64,000 bases of DNA from a virus. The notes under the pieces were generated by a model. The model searched no databases. It was given only the letters and a program-made list of their open reading frames with translations, and was not told the origin of the DNA. Within the stretch, counting starts at the first letter, position 1, and each line of letters begins with the position of its first letter. Below, in pieces: positions 9,824 through 20,197 of the stretch. The DNA lies in the IMG/VR virus record IMGVR_UViG_3300027887_000007, positions 46,208-110,207 of that record. One strand, written 5' to 3'. The position numbers and the translations under genes were made by a program.

Positions 9824-12800
9824 CTAGTACGTCTGCGGCGGCATCATCTTTTCCTTCCGGTAGCCGTCCTCTGTGTTGACGTCTTTCAGCTCGATGTCGC
9901 TCTTCTCCCAGTGCAGCTCGAAGGCGAACGGAGACGTGAACACGAACCGGAATAGTCGCCCCTTCAGGCCCGCTTTGAAGTCAAGCCGGCGCTTGGTGAA
10001 CGACCGCACGAAGACTTGCTCCATGGGAATCGTCAGGTTCATCCTAAGTTCGTTGTCCACGTACACATCGAGGTTAACGTCCCCATCCGGGTTGAGCATG
10101 GCGACCCACAGGCGCCGAAGAACCTTGAGCCTGTCGAAGCTCATTACCTGTTCCCACGAATCGGATATCGTGGTGTCAGGAACCATTTGGTCAGTGGCGA
10201 ACGACTCCCCGTAGTACCTGAAACACAGTGGCAGGCAGCACTCCGGATCCAGAAACGACTCATCCACCGTCAGGCGCCCGAGCTTCCCGAACAGGTCCCG
10301 GTCAAACGACTGCAGGAACCGCAGCCGCTTCTCTGTCCGTACGGTGAATTCCTGCACGATCACGCCGTCGAGCCAGAAGTAGAACTGAACCGGCCGGTTC
10401 TCCGTGTCGATGTCGATCTGGACGTGTTTCCAGAGCTTACGGAACGGGAAGCCGTTGTCCTGCCAAGGCAACTGCAGGGTATTGATGCAGGGCGGCTCTG
10501 GGATGACCTGAAATTCGTAGTCGTAGACCTTGACCTCGTTGTCCGCAAACGGGACCACCTTGAGCCGGGCCAGCGTCCCCCGGATGTCCGGGTGCAGGCC
10601 GTAGTAGATTTTCGTCTGTCCGTCCGCATTGAGTCCCTGAGTCAAGACCTGGGCGACTGCCTGGTCGATCTGAACCTCGATTGATTCTAGGTCCAGCCCG
10701 AACGTGTCCATCTCGATCCACAGTTCGCGGAAGAACTTAGGACCCGGTTTCCCTTGATCCGACCAGTCCGTGACGAAGGTCTTGTGCCGAGGCGGCTCGA
10801 TGAAGAATCTGTGGACTACCTTGTAGAGCCGTATCGAAGAAGTGGCGTCGACGGCCTGTCTCGCTAGGATCCTGATCGAGGCGCGGGTGGCAAGCTTGCT
10901 GTCACCTTCTCCCAGCAAGATCGGCAGAACCGTACGCTCGCGCCCATTCGTCCTGCAGATCCCAATCGGCTCGTGGGCGGCAGTCTTCGCCTCTTCCCCG
11001 GTCAGGTCGAAGCCCATCTGCACTGTGATCGGGGTGCCTTGCGTGTCGGCATCGACGACTATGTCGATGAAGCGCTTTTCCTGATCCGGCATCCCGAGGT
11101 CGTACTCACGGGTATCTAGGGCCCAGAAGATCCCGCGGTTTCCGACCGGCTCGCTGAGCTGGTCAACGTACCCGTCCTCTAGGTGGAGCGGCCAGATACC
11201 GCCGTAAGCCGCATTGTATGGACGGTTATCGACTATTCCCTCCCATTCGTACAGCTCGCCTCCTACGAGGAAGTTGTTCTCCGGCTCGGTGAACAGGCAG
11301 GAGCAACCGTACAGGTACCAGTGCCACCTTTCGTAGATCGTATCCCAGACGAGGGTGCAGTCCGGGGTGGTCGACGGGTCTGAGGTCGAGCAGTAGCTAA
11401 AGTACAGCTTGTTGTCCCAGAACCCCATGCACCCCTCTGACTCCCTTCCCGGGTAGATCGGGGGGATTTCGTTGGTCGTTTTGACCAACGGCTGCGGGGG
11501 GGCGGGGACAATGCTCAGGTCGATCTCGCCGAAGAATATCTGGTTGATCGGCTCGCTGATCTTGCGGCCGGATGGGAACTCATAGATCCCATCGTAGGCC
11601 TGCATGAACAGAGCCCGAGTTCCCTTGGCCAGCCCAAAGGGATTCTTCAGGCCTTGGTTGACCGCGGTTGAAACCGCACGGTAGTTTCCAGCAGATCCAA
11701 CTACCCGGTAGACTTGAGTCAGGGTGAAAACGAGCAACTCTCCGTCATGTTCCTTGACGCGCTGGATCTTCTCCGACCCGGTCCCAACGTAGATGTAGTT
11801 CGCGGCCGGGAAATGCTCCACATCGACGTTCTTTGAAAAACGCAGCCGGTTGGGCGGCTCCGGAATCTCAACCGGGTATCCGTCCAGCCCGGTAGCTATC
11901 ATCGACCCGCCCCACGTCCAAAGGCGGTTATCAAACAGTTCGACCCCGCGAACCTCGTCTGGGGGCAGCTGGTTGTCGAGATCGGCAAGGTCTCCGAGCA
12001 GGCTGTCCGGAATGTTGTCGTCGTAGGGGTCCGGAATGGTTGTATCGCCTAGGGTCCCTACATACGGAATGCTGTCGACGAGCTGGAACTGCTGAACCGT
12101 CCCCCCCATGCGATACAACCGGATGTAGTCCGGTGCGGCTGCGGGAGCGTCAGTGGCAGCCGTTTGGGGGAAGACTATCTGAAACTGGGCGTATTCTGCC
12201 GGCGCGTTGTAGGGAGTCGCGGCTACCGGGGACAGGTCACTCTCTGTGTTTGTCGCCGAGTTGTAATAGGTGTAGGCCCAGATCAGATTCTCTCCGAACA
12301 GCTTCCCGGTCGTCAGGACAGAGCAATCGTCGAGGTACACCGTCCCATCTGCTGAGGGCGAGTCTACAAGCCGCACAGTGACTCGCATCGCCGTCACTGT
12401 GTCCCAGTTGAGCTCCGGGTGATCGGCTTCCTTGGTCCCTACCCGGCCGAAGTCATCCTTTCGGATCCGGTACCCCTGCCACACACCGACGCCAGCCTGC
12501 ATCGTTTTTGGCTGGCCAAGGGAGTAATCGTTGAAAGCATCCTGATTGGTCTCGGGATAGCTTTCAGCGTAAGCCGAGTCTGAGTAATCTGGGGAGCGGT
12601 ACTTTGACTGAGTGTAACCGTAGGTAGTCTGAGCTCCGTCGACCGAGTCAACGTAGCCAGTGTCGCTTGACGGCTGAGCCGCGGCCGTCAACGCGCTGGT
12701 AGCTACTGCCTTCTCATAGCAGGTGGAAAATGAATCGTCACCCGCAACTAGACTCAACCCGAACGAGATGACGATTTCTTTGACATTGAGCGCATCCGCC

Positions 12801-13582
12801 TCGGTGGGAAACTGGAACCAGAACTCGATGGCTTCGGATCTGTCGTTGTTCCCCAACTCCATGACGTATTCATTGGGGTAGTTGTTCGGGTCGATCATTG
12901 TGATCGTGGCGTACCCGACCTTTGTCCCAGATGCGATTGTGAACGACACTCCCTGACTGTCATCTCTGATGCCATTTGCCACCGCGTCTAGGGTGGCATC
13001 ATTAGCCGTCCACGCATCGTGATCCTCGAAGTCAGCAATCCGGGTGTAGGCATTCGCTAATGTCAGTACGGTGACCGCCTCTGTTGGTGCGGGTATTCCG
13101 ATCCTTCTGCCGGCGGCTTTACCGCCCGGATGCTTCAGGAACTTCTTCCCGTCCGCCATGAAGACATAGGGCTTGCTCTCAAACCCAGAGAGCGTGTAGT
13201 TTGCGAAGAATGCCCGGGGATCCGTGTCGTCCGACAGTGAGCCGCCACCCGGTATCTCGGAGAAGTCGGTCCCGAGCGCCACCGGCCATACGTCTTCGTC
13301 GTTAGGGTCGATGACGGGGGCAACCCACCACTCCCTGTTGGCGATTGCGTAGCGCCACTGGCGACCGTCTCCATCTCTCAGGAAAAACAACGAGTGGGGG
13401 CCAGTGGAGAGACCACCGTTTAGGCGGGAGAATCCCTTGCGGACCGAGATCGAGTTCTCCCGATCGGTTACGACGTTGACCAAGGCCTTGTAGCCGGTCA
13501 GGGGAAGTTCGTCCGGAATGTTGCGTAGGACAATCCCGGTGTTACCAAAGGTGATTGGTACCTGCTTCATCTCCTGTGGCAT
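9824..13582 (-). CDS. Tail tubular/packaged-DNA stabilisation protein (P22 gp10 / T7 gp12-like), 1252 aa
   Basis: N-terminal NVVTDRENSISVRKG, beta-propeller-like segments (DNRLWTWG, NRLRFS, LLVFTLTQVYRV), repeated C-terminal beta modules; follows the adaptor genes. Confidence 0.7.
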   Translation of the reverse strand: MPQEMKQVPITFGNTGIVLRNIPDELPLTGYKALVNVVTDRENSISVRKGFSRLNGGLSTGPHSLFFLRDGDGRQWRYAIANREWWVAPVIDPNDEDVWPVALGTDFSEIPGGGSLSDDTDPRAFFANYTLSGFESKPYVFMADGKKFLKHPGGKAAGRRIGIPAPTEAVTVLTLANAYTRIADFEDHDAWTANDATLDAVANGIRDDSQGVSFTIASGTKVGYATITMIDPNNYPNEYVMELGNNDRSEAIEFWFQFPTEADALNVKEIVISFGLSLVAGDDSFSTCYEKAVATSALTAAAQPSSDTGYVDSVDGAQTTYGYTQSKYRSPDYSDSAYAESYPETNQDAFNDYSLGQPKTMQAGVGVWQGYRIRKDDFGRVGTKEADHPELNWDTVTAMRVTVRLVDSPSADGTVYLDDCSVLTTGKLFGENLIWAYTYYNSATNTESDLSPVAATPYNAPAEYAQFQIVFPQTAATDAPAAAPDYIRLYRMGGTVQQFQLVDSIPYVGTLGDTTIPDPYDDNIPDSLLGDLADLDNQLPPDEVRGVELFDNRLWTWGGSMIATGLDGYPVEIPEPPNRLRFSKNVDVEHFPAANYIYVGTGSEKIQRVKEHDGELLVFTLTQVYRVVGSAGNYRAVSTAVNQGLKNPFGLAKGTRALFMQAYDGIYEFPSGRKISEPINQIFFGEIDLSIVPAPPQPLVKTTNEIPPIYPGRESEGCMGFWDNKLYFSYCSTSDPSTTPDCTLVWDTIYERWHWYLYGCSCLFTEPENNFLVGGELYEWEGIVDNRPYNAAYGGIWPLHLEDGYVDQLSEPVGNRGIFWALDTREYDLGMPDQEKRFIDIVVDADTQGTPITVQMGFDLTGEEAKTAAHEPIGICRTNGRERTVLPILLGEGDSKLATRASIRILARQAVDATSSIRLYKVVHRFFIEPPRHKTFVTDWSDQGKPGPKFFRELWIEMDTFGLDLESIEVQIDQAVAQVLTQGLNADGQTKIYYGLHPDIRGTLARLKVVPFADNEVKVYDYEFQVIPEPPCINTLQLPWQDNGFPFRKLWKHVQIDIDTENRPVQFYFWLDGVIVQEFTVRTEKRLRFLQSFDRDLFGKLGRLTVDESFLDPECCLPLCFRYYGESFATDQMVPDTTISDSWEQVMSFDRLKVLRRLWVAMLNPDGDVNLDVYVDNELRMNLTIPMEQVFVRSFTKRRLDFKAGLKGRLFRFVFTSPFAFELHWEKSDIELKDVNTEDGYRKEKMMPPQTY

Positions 13583-13583
13583 C

Positions 13584-14225
13584 TTACGCTCCCGGGAAGT
13601 CCGTTACCGGAGTGCCGTAGATCAGGCGCTTCGCCAGCTGCACCCCGACGATATACCTCGCATGGGCGTACGCGGCTCTGGCGAGGTCTTGGTTGTCTCC
13701 GTCCCTTGCCAGCGCCAATGCTATCACCTCCCATCGGATGTACGGTTCCCAAGGGTCGGCCACAGCGATCAGTTCGTTGAGGTCGTGGCTATGCTCGTCT
13801 GGGATCAGATCGTAGAAGACTCTGTAGGTGCCTCCTGCTGCCGGGATCTTGTCGAATTCCCATTGCACGATCGGCAGATGGTCCTCGTGGTAGTACCGCG
13901 GGTGACCGACTGTGTTGCTCCTCCAGTCGGGATCCTCTCGCTCGAGATCCCATGACGTTACCCGACGGAGACGCTTGCGGTCGAACGAAAGCCTCTCGAT
14001 ATCACCCATTTGCGCCGTCTTCGTGACCAGAGGGGAACTTCCACCCGGGAGTACAACCGTATCATCCTCTTTGATGATGCCGGTCTGCCGCAAGAAATCC
14101 CGTTCGGCATGGGTGACGTACTCGATCATCTCCTGCTGTGTCCAGACTCCGGCCCCGAAGTTCTCGTCCTCCTCTTGGAGATCGAGAGCAACCCGCTGCA
14201 GCAATTCCCTGACCGTGGTCGCCAT
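13584..14225 (-). CDS. Head-to-tail adaptor/ring protein
   Basis: TVRELLQRVALDLQE...WTQQEMIEYVTHAERDF helical adaptor signature. Confidence 0.7.
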   Translation of the reverse strand: MATTVRELLQRVALDLQEEDENFGAGVWTQQEMIEYVTHAERDFLRQTGIIKEDDTVVLPGGSSPLVTKTAQMGDIERLSFDRKRLRRVTSWDLEREDPDWRSNTVGHPRYYHEDHLPIVQWEFDKIPAAGGTYRVFYDLIPDEHSHDLNELIAVADPWEPYIRWEVIALALARDGDNQDLARAAYAHARYIVGVQLAKRLIYGTPVTDFPGA

Positions 14226-14906
14226 TTACTGTTTCGTCCCCTCTTGCGCCCCGCGCCTCAGGGTAGACTCCGAGGTTACGGCCTCCCTGACATCCCACGA
14301 TGGGAAGCTCCTCAGCACGTTGCGGCCGGAGAGCTGCTGGACAACTTCAATGAACCGGATGTAGAAGGAACCGCCTTGCTGAAACTCCGCACCGCCCTCT
14401 TTGAACATCGCCCGAGATACGATGTAGTCCTCCAAGGCCCTTTCGTACTCAGGCCGGCACGGGAGGGGAAGCCCATCGTCATACACGCGATCGTACTCTG
14501 CCAGACCCTCGACGTAGACAGTCCCGGCCAGTAGCGGGCGCGGGTAGATCAGAATCTTGTTCAAGCCCAACGATGACCAACTGCGGATGTCCCTCCTCAC
14601 CTCGTTCGCAGCTTCCCAGTCGGCTTCGTTGTCCATTGCGTCGACCGGCTGGCGGTGCAGGTAGTGGCTTCCGTGGCGGGCTGATACCGGGGAGATGATT
14701 CCTTCCGGAAGATCGTAGACGTTCTCTGCGTTGGTTACGTCAACCTCGAAAGTATCCTGACTGTCGAAGGCGATCAGGTTGAGTTCGTTCAGGGCGTCGT
14801 TGAGGAATACGACAAGCTCGTCCCTCGTCCATCGGACCGGGGCTTCTGGTAGAAGTTCGTTAAGGCGCCGGAGCGCCTGGTCGATCAGCTCTCTCGATGT
14901 CGCCAT
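14226..14906 (-). CDS. Head-to-tail adaptor/ring protein (paralog)
   Basis: SRELIDQALRRLNE...RWTRDELVVFLNDALNEL, YDLPEG, ALEDYIVSRAMFKE. Confidence 0.7.
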   Translation of the reverse strand: MATSRELIDQALRRLNELLPEAPVRWTRDELVVFLNDALNELNLIAFDSQDTFEVDVTNAENVYDLPEGIISPVSARHGSHYLHRQPVDAMDNEADWEAANEVRRDIRSWSSLGLNKILIYPRPLLAGTVYVEGLAEYDRVYDDGLPLPCRPEYERALEDYIVSRAMFKEGGAEFQQGGSFYIRFIEVVQQLSGRNVLRSFPSWDVREAVTSESTLRRGAQEGTKQ

Positions 14907-14912
14907 GATCCA

Positions 14913-15272
14913 CTAGCTCGTCCTCAGCGTGACGTCCGGGTAAACGACTAGGTATCCAGACGCGAGCGTGTAAATGCTTCCCTGTGAGGTGACCATCTGG
15001 CAATCCCATAGAAGCTGGTGCTTCCCGTTCGTCAGACTGGAGGTATCCGTGGGGGATATCGTCACTGTGAAACGCCCGTTGACCGCAGACGTCACCGATA
15101 TTCCGCTGCCGATCGACTTCTGGAACACCGCGGAGCCGTCTTCGTCGGTGTAGTTCCACTTGGCGGTGAAGTAGATGGCTGCCCCCGTGATGTCGTAGAC
15201 CGCCCCGTTGGCGACGACCGAAGCCAGAAGGCTGACCGTGTCTCCGCGATACATCGTAAACGTATTGGACAT
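14913..15272 (-). CDS. BppU-like Ig-fold virion protein
   Basis: MYRGDT...YDITGAAIYFTAK...GRFTVTISPTDT...WDCQM...TLASG pattern. Confidence 0.65.
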   Translation of the reverse strand: MSNTFTMYRGDTVSLLASVVANGAVYDITGAAIYFTAKWNYTDEDGSAVFQKSIGSGISVTSAVNGRFTVTISPTDTSSLTNGKHQLLWDCQMVTSQGSIYTLASGYLVVYPDVTLRTS

Positions 15273-15276
15273 TTCT

Positions 15277-15759
15277 TCACCTTAGCTGAAATCTGATCGT
15301 AGCGGTTGGCGGCGACTCCTTCGTGAATGTGGCTGTCGGCACACCGAATCCCGTGTCAAACGGAACGCATACGGCATCTCCCCCTCCGGGCTCACCGGGC
15401 TCCGGAGGCTCTTCCCCGGTCGGCTGGACCGTCGCGGAGGTTTCGGGGACCACCCTTACCTGAAAGACGCTCGTCACTACCAGTGTCGTCGGCGGCTCTG
15501 TGGTACCCCAGATGATGACCCCCGCCGTCTGCGAGACGAGCATCAGCGGGTTGTCGCCCTGCACCGCAGCTACTCCGGCCTGTGAGATAAATTTAGTCGG
15601 GTCGTCGCCGTGGATTACTGACGCGCCCAATACCGTATTCCTGACGACTGGGTCATCTCCCTGAATGAGGGAGAGACCGTCCGTCGTGAATCTTGCTACG
15701 GCATTGCCGCCGGAGAGGAAGATCGCGCCGGCTTTGAGGATCCGATTTATCTCGGCCAT
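15277..15759 (-). CDS. Linker protein with repeated beta-strand units
   Basis: Repeats LSLIQGDDP / ASVIHGDDP / AAVQGDNP and ISQAG / VSQTA. Confidence 0.65.
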   Translation of the reverse strand: MAEINRILKAGAIFLSGGNAVARFTTDGLSLIQGDDPVVRNTVLGASVIHGDDPTKFISQAGVAAVQGDNPLMLVSQTAGVIIWGTTEPPTTLVVTSVFQVRVVPETSATVQPTGEEPPEPGEPGGGDAVCVPFDTGFGVPTATFTKESPPTATIRFQLR

Positions 15760-15761
15760 AG

Positions 15762-16874
15762 TCAGCTTGCCAACTGGTACCCAAGCTCAACATCGTTGGC
15801 TTGAGCAACCGTAAAGGGCGATCCCGTTACTGGATCGACGTATAGGAACGACTGGCGCCACAAGAATTCGACGTCGTAAGCGCTCTCGTTGTCGCCATAG
15901 GAGTCCGTTGCAGACCTACGGGCGACAACCTTCAATCCGTGCGGGAGAGAATCCAGCTTTTTCCCCTCAACGCTGATGCCAAGGGCCCTGACGCTGGTCA
16001 AAGCATTCGTGATCACGGCCCCGCCATAGGTGAACGTATCCTTGTTGCCTACGGTATCTGCCGAGTTGTATGAGTTGCTTCCTCCGGTCGACCAGTCAAC
16101 CGGGCTCTCGTTGACCATCGCGTAATTGTCCGTACCCTCGAACGGCGTAAAATCGGAGTAGAATCCGTCCGCCACCGGAGCGACCTCGAGGACCTTGAGG
16201 TCCCCTATGAAGCTCTTCATGTAGGTTCCGGTGGCATCCATGATCACGACGTCGTCAAGAAGGTGGTAGTCGACCGCAGTCGGCCAGCCCATCGAAATCG
16301 GCCCGGTGAAGGTCCCGCCGAACCTAATCTCGTCGATGATCGCACTGGTCCCGGGAACGGCTGAAATGAAGTTTCCCGTTCCAGACCAGTGTATTACTCC
16401 GTCTATCCGACACTCCAACCAACCGGTGCCGGATCCTCCAACCGTGAAGTCGACTTCGACCCAATGCCAAGTCTGCTCTGAAAACTCGTGTGTGCCGTGA
16501 CCGACTAGAACATTGCCGCCGTCGTAGATAAGGATGTTCTTGTTGACAACGTGGACTCCGGCGTGACGGTTGTTGTAGTTCCAGAAGTCGACGAGCGCCA
16601 TCTCTCCGGTGCCGTCGGTTTTGATCCACCGTCCGCATCCGACGATAACCCTCGGTAATCCTCCGAATCCGGCGAGTTCAAGACACCCGCTGCCTGTCAT
16701 CTTCAGGCAGCTTCCGATGCCATGCCGAGCGTAGTCTGCCCCTTCGACACTGAAGTTGCCGGAGGAAACCCAGTAGTAGCCGTTATAGAAGCGAGCGTAC
16801 AGACCCCACGAGGCGGTGGCACCAAGATCGTTATCGTCAGTCAACTCAAAGCCGACAGCCCGAACGACAGCCAT
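15762..16874 (-). CDS. Beta-sandwich (LamG/ConA-like) virion appendage protein, paralog 1 of 4
   Basis: GFE start, WHWVEV, DDVVIMDATG, APVADG, TDNYAMVNE, LYVDPVTGSPFT, shared with 16883, 20216 and 21199. Confidence 0.7.
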   Translation of the reverse strand: MAVVRAVGFELTDDNDLGATASWGLYARFYNGYYWVSSGNFSVEGADYARHGIGSCLKMTGSGCLELAGFGGLPRVIVGCGRWIKTDGTGEMALVDFWNYNNRHAGVHVVNKNILIYDGGNVLVGHGTHEFSEQTWHWVEVDFTVGGSGTGWLECRIDGVIHWSGTGNFISAVPGTSAIIDEIRFGGTFTGPISMGWPTAVDYHLLDDVVIMDATGTYMKSFIGDLKVLEVAPVADGFYSDFTPFEGTDNYAMVNESPVDWSTGGSNSYNSADTVGNKDTFTYGGAVITNALTSVRALGISVEGKKLDSLPHGLKVVARRSATDSYGDNESAYDVEFLWRQSFLYVDPVTGSPFTVAQANDVELGYQLAS

Positions 16875-16882
16875 GGTTCCCC

Positions 16883-17968
16883 CTACGAGTTGATCTTGTA
16901 GCCGAACTCCGCGGCATTCACCGCTGAGCGGGTAAACGGATATCCCGTATTCGGATCAACGTAGATGAGAGATTCGAGCCAGTTATAGGAGCTCGGCACT
17001 GGAACGACTGACCCGACTCCGTCGACTCCGGAAGACCGGCAGATGCCGACGAAGGTGTGACCACCACCGTCGATACAGCGAGCGTAGGCGGTGCAGCCAA
17101 CCGCCGCGATCGTGGTGTTCGGGTTGGTGAGCGGGGTTCCGAATGTGAAGGTATCCTTGTCTCCGACGGTCTGCGAAGAGTTGTAGGTTGTGTCGTCGTC
17201 CGGAGGGACCTCATTGACCATCTCGAAATGGTCGGTCCCAGAGAGCGGGGTGAACTGCGTGTAGTATCCGTCCGCGGTTGGGGAGAACTCACTGACCTTC
17301 CGGTCGCCGATGAAGTCGTTACAGTAAGTTCCCGTCGTGTCCATCACGATCAGGTCATCCCACTGTTGCAGCGTGACGCCTACGGGATTGGCGTCGGATA
17401 GGGCGCCATTCCTCTGACCGCCGATCGCCCATCCGTCCGCGCCCGCCGTCGTCGACGTGATCGTGTTGATACCGGTCAGCGAAAGAATAACCTGCTCGTC
17501 GACTCGCATGACGATTGAGCCGGTCGTTCCATGGAAAACGACCTTGATCTCAATCCAATGCCAAGTCGACTGGCTGACCTCGGTACTCGCCGTTCCCAGC
17601 AGGGTCCCGTTGCCACGGTAGGCTTTCACTGTACGGTTCAGAACCCGGATGTAGCACTGGATCGTCGTGCCGTCGAAGAACTCCGCAATGTTGACGTCGG
17701 TTACCGTGTTGTCGGTCAGGTAGTAGCCGAAAGACAGAATCATCGTCCCAAGGCTTGCGCCAATCCCGTCGCGGATCTCGCACCCACCGCCCGTGTCCAA
17801 AAGACACTTTCCCAGAGCATTCCTCGGGTTGACGTCCGATACGGTGACCATCGACGGAGCTAGGCTGATGGCCCCGAAGCCGTTCCTACGGCAGACCGTG
17901 AAAAGTTTGCTGTTCTTCGCAGCGGTACTGTCCATCAACTCAAAGCCACAATACTTTCGGATAGCCAT
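16883..17968 (-). CDS. Beta-sandwich virion appendage protein, paralog 2 of 4
   Basis: WHWIEIK, DDLIVMDTTGTYC, PPDDDTTYN, YVDPNTGYPFT...NAAEFGYK. Confidence 0.7.
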   Translation of the reverse strand: MAIRKYCGFELMDSTAAKNSKLFTVCRRNGFGAISLAPSMVTVSDVNPRNALGKCLLDTGGGCEIRDGIGASLGTMILSFGYYLTDNTVTDVNIAEFFDGTTIQCYIRVLNRTVKAYRGNGTLLGTASTEVSQSTWHWIEIKVVFHGTTGSIVMRVDEQVILSLTGINTITSTTAGADGWAIGGQRNGALSDANPVGVTLQQWDDLIVMDTTGTYCNDFIGDRKVSEFSPTADGYYTQFTPLSGTDHFEMVNEVPPDDDTTYNSSQTVGDKDTFTFGTPLTNPNTTIAAVGCTAYARCIDGGGHTFVGICRSSGVDGVGSVVPVPSSYNWLESLIYVDPNTGYPFTRSAVNAAEFGYKINS

Positions 17969-17979
17969 CGTTCACTCCC

Positions 17980-18354
17980 CTACCTGATGAACTGAATCTT
18001 CAAAACGAAGCTGATAACCTGCCCGAGGGCGACTGCGTGACCCGGAGAAATGGTCTCGTGGAGAATCAGATTTCCACCGACTAGCGCGTCATAGAGTCCC
18101 CATTCCGTGATGGTTTTGGCCGCATTTGCCGCCAAACTGCCGGAGACTTGGTAGGTGTCACCGGTAACCGAGATCGTGGTGATCTGGCTAACTCCGGCCA
18201 CTCGCGCCTCTGAGGCCTCGGTAAAAAGGGCTAGGTCGTTGGCGCCGGCGGTCCCCGCCCCGGTTCCCCACGCGATGTAAAGCGGCTCGGTGCCGTTCCC
18301 CTTGACTCGGGCAGCGACGATCGCAAGTCCGACGTTGGTAACGATCTTGGCCAT
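17980..18354 (-). CDS. Virion structural protein (fibre-anchor/collar-like)
   Basis: IVTNVGL...YIAWGTG...LFTE...ITEWGLYDA pattern common in phage fibre N-termini. Confidence 0.6.
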   Translation of the reverse strand: MAKIVTNVGLAIVAARVKGNGTEPLYIAWGTGAGTAGANDLALFTEASEARVAGVSQITTISVTGDTYQVSGSLAANAAKTITEWGLYDALVGGNLILHETISPGHAVALGQVISFVLKIQFIR

Positions 18355-18357
18355 AAC

Positions 18358-18657
18358 CTACCTCTCCAGTACGTTGCTCCAGCGAACCTTGAAGTGCATC
18401 TCGCCTGCCGCCTTGCCGTTCCCGGTAGACCAGAACCGGTAGTAGTAGTCCCCCGACAGTTCCACGTCCCTTGAGATTTCGTAGACCCCGACTCCGGTCT
18501 TTTGAACCTCAGGATCGGTTCCATAGACCTTGGTCACCTTCGACCGGTTCGGCAGCCTCATCTCAAATGATACGGTATCCGGGTCAACTGGCTCCCCGTC
18601 CGCATCGACGAAAGTCGCGGAGCAGACGATCCTGTCACCGATGTCGTACGTGTTCAT
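18358..18657 (-). CDS. Small Ig-like virion protein
   Basis: YDIGD...ATFVDADGEPVDP...GVGVY...GDYYYRF. Confidence 0.6.
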   Translation of the reverse strand: MNTYDIGDRIVCSATFVDADGEPVDPDTVSFEMRLPNRSKVTKVYGTDPEVQKTGVGVYEISRDVELSGDYYYRFWSTGNGKAAGEMHFKVRWSNVLER

Positions 18658-19181
18658 GGCATCTTCCTATCCGACAGGCGGGCGTCAACCGCCGTATCTC
18701 TAACTAGGGCCTCCCCGCTTCTAATGCTCACCTGCGCCCTCCACGTTCGCGCAACCTCGCTCGCAGCCCTGTAAACGAGGGTCTCGAGCTCGTAGTCGCC
18801 CAGCTTAGCATCCCACTCCGGGTGATCCCTCAGGATCAAGGTTGCGATCTTCTTAATAACCTCTATGAAGAATCGCTGGAGCGTCTCGATGTCGAACTCG
18901 AGAGCGACTTGAAAGTCGGCCATCGCCCTCGGCGAGAACTCAACCTCGATCGGAAACGCGATCGTAGGATTGGTTATCATCGTTGCCGAGATAGACTCAT
19001 CAACAATCAGGGCAAAGGCGATCTCCCGGGAAGCGTCAAGTGTTACTGATACCGCGTCCTCTGCCTCGAGGCCTAGGGCGACATCCACATTGAAGATCAG
19101 CTGCCCGGGCCAGTAGTTGGTCTCCCAGTAATCGAGATCCCAGAACCCTGACGCGAAGTATCCAACTCCACCTTCAGACAC
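18654..19181 (-). CDS. Hypothetical virion protein with aromatic N-terminus (YF/FW/YW repeats)
   Basis: GYFASGFWDLDYWETNYWP followed by beta-strand-rich sequence. Confidence 0.6.
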   Translation of the reverse strand: MSEGGVGYFASGFWDLDYWETNYWPGQLIFNVDVALGLEAEDAVSVTLDASREIAFALIVDESISATMITNPTIAFPIEVEFSPRAMADFQVALEFDIETLQRFFIEVIKKIATLILRDHPEWDAKLGDYELETLVYRAASEVARTWRAQVSIRSGEALVRDTAVDARLSDRKMP

Positions 19182-19189
19182 TCTAACTC

Positions 19190-19825
19190 CTACGGTGTCA
19201 GCGTCATCGAGGTACGGTTATTGTTGGCATCCGTCACCACCACAGCCCTTGTAGCAACCCCGTTCGGCGTCTTGAACGTCTTTCCGGCATTCGCCGTGAC
19301 GCCAGATAGTACCGACAGCAGAATCGAAAGGATCTGGTCGTAAGTGTAGTTCCCCTGTGATTCTGCAATTCGAGCGCCAAGCGCCGCCGCGATCGTACTT
19401 TCCGTCACCACCTGAAGGTCGAATGCCGTAAGCTGGATTTCCTTCATATTCGGCCCGATGTTCAGTGCCGTGGTCGTGGCCTCGTAAATGTTGATCTGGA
19501 CCTTTGCGGAGGCGTCGGCAGCTCCGAAGATCGTTGCCGAATCGTGGAACTGGATCTCGTACATCCCCGGGAAGTTGGTCGCGTCAACCGCCTTGAACCT
19601 GCAGTACGTCGAGCCCGTGGGCGCCTGGTAGGTCCCGGGAGTCGTGATGTCCTCGATGTTGGCCCCCGTGTAGGTCACGGTTGCCCCCTGCTCCCTCCGG
19701 TAGGCAATCACGAGGTTCGTACTGGCGTTGGTCAGGCCGGTCTTTCCCGCACCTGTCGTACTCGAGTTGTCGGGGATGAAAACCCGAACCATCTGAGATG
19801 TGGCTCCGCGGGTTCTGATGTCCAC
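19190..19825 (-). CDS. Virion structural protein
   Basis: 211 aa Thr/Gly-rich; DATNFPGMYE; C-terminal TDANNNRTSMTL. Confidence 0.6.
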   Translation of the reverse strand: MDIRTRGATSQMVRVFIPDNSSTTGAGKTGLTNASTNLVIAYRREQGATVTYTGANIEDITTPGTYQAPTGSTYCRFKAVDATNFPGMYEIQFHDSATIFGAADASAKVQINIYEATTTALNIGPNMKEIQLTAFDLQVVTESTIAAALGARIAESQGNYTYDQILSILLSVLSGVTANAGKTFKTPNGVATRAVVVTDANNNRTSMTLTP

Positions 19826-20197
19826 CTAAAAGCCCCCTCTCATGGCGCTGAATCCACCGTAGAAGTCCGGGTTGATCAGTAATCCACCGGTTTCCTTGAC
19901 GATGACCTCAAGTACAAACTGCGACACTCTTGGACCCGCGTCTGAGTAGAACACCGTCTCAGTGGCGAACTGTGAGACTCTCGGCGGGTCATCGCTTCCA
20001 TAGATCGTTTCTACCGCTAACTGGCTGACCTTGTTGACCGAATTTTCTAGGACCGAGTACAGCAGAGCCTTTGTGATGTCTATGCCGGCAGGCGGCTCTA
20101 TGACTGACTCTAGTACTCCCTTCGCTACGCCAAGCCCGGTTGTCGGCTCGAGGACCGAGTAAAGTACAGATTTACTGACCTCTACACCTTCAGCCAT
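19826..20197 (-). CDS. Linker protein with 3+3 repeated beta-strand units
   Basis: VSKSVLYSVLEP / VAKGVLESVIEP / ITKALLYSVLEN, then VSQLAVETIY / VSQFATETVF / VSQFVLEVIV. Confidence 0.7.
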   Translation of the reverse strand: MAEGVEVSKSVLYSVLEPTTGLGVAKGVLESVIEPPAGIDITKALLYSVLENSVNKVSQLAVETIYGSDDPPRVSQFATETVFYSDAGPRVSQFVLEVIVKETGGLLINPDFYGGFSAMRGGF

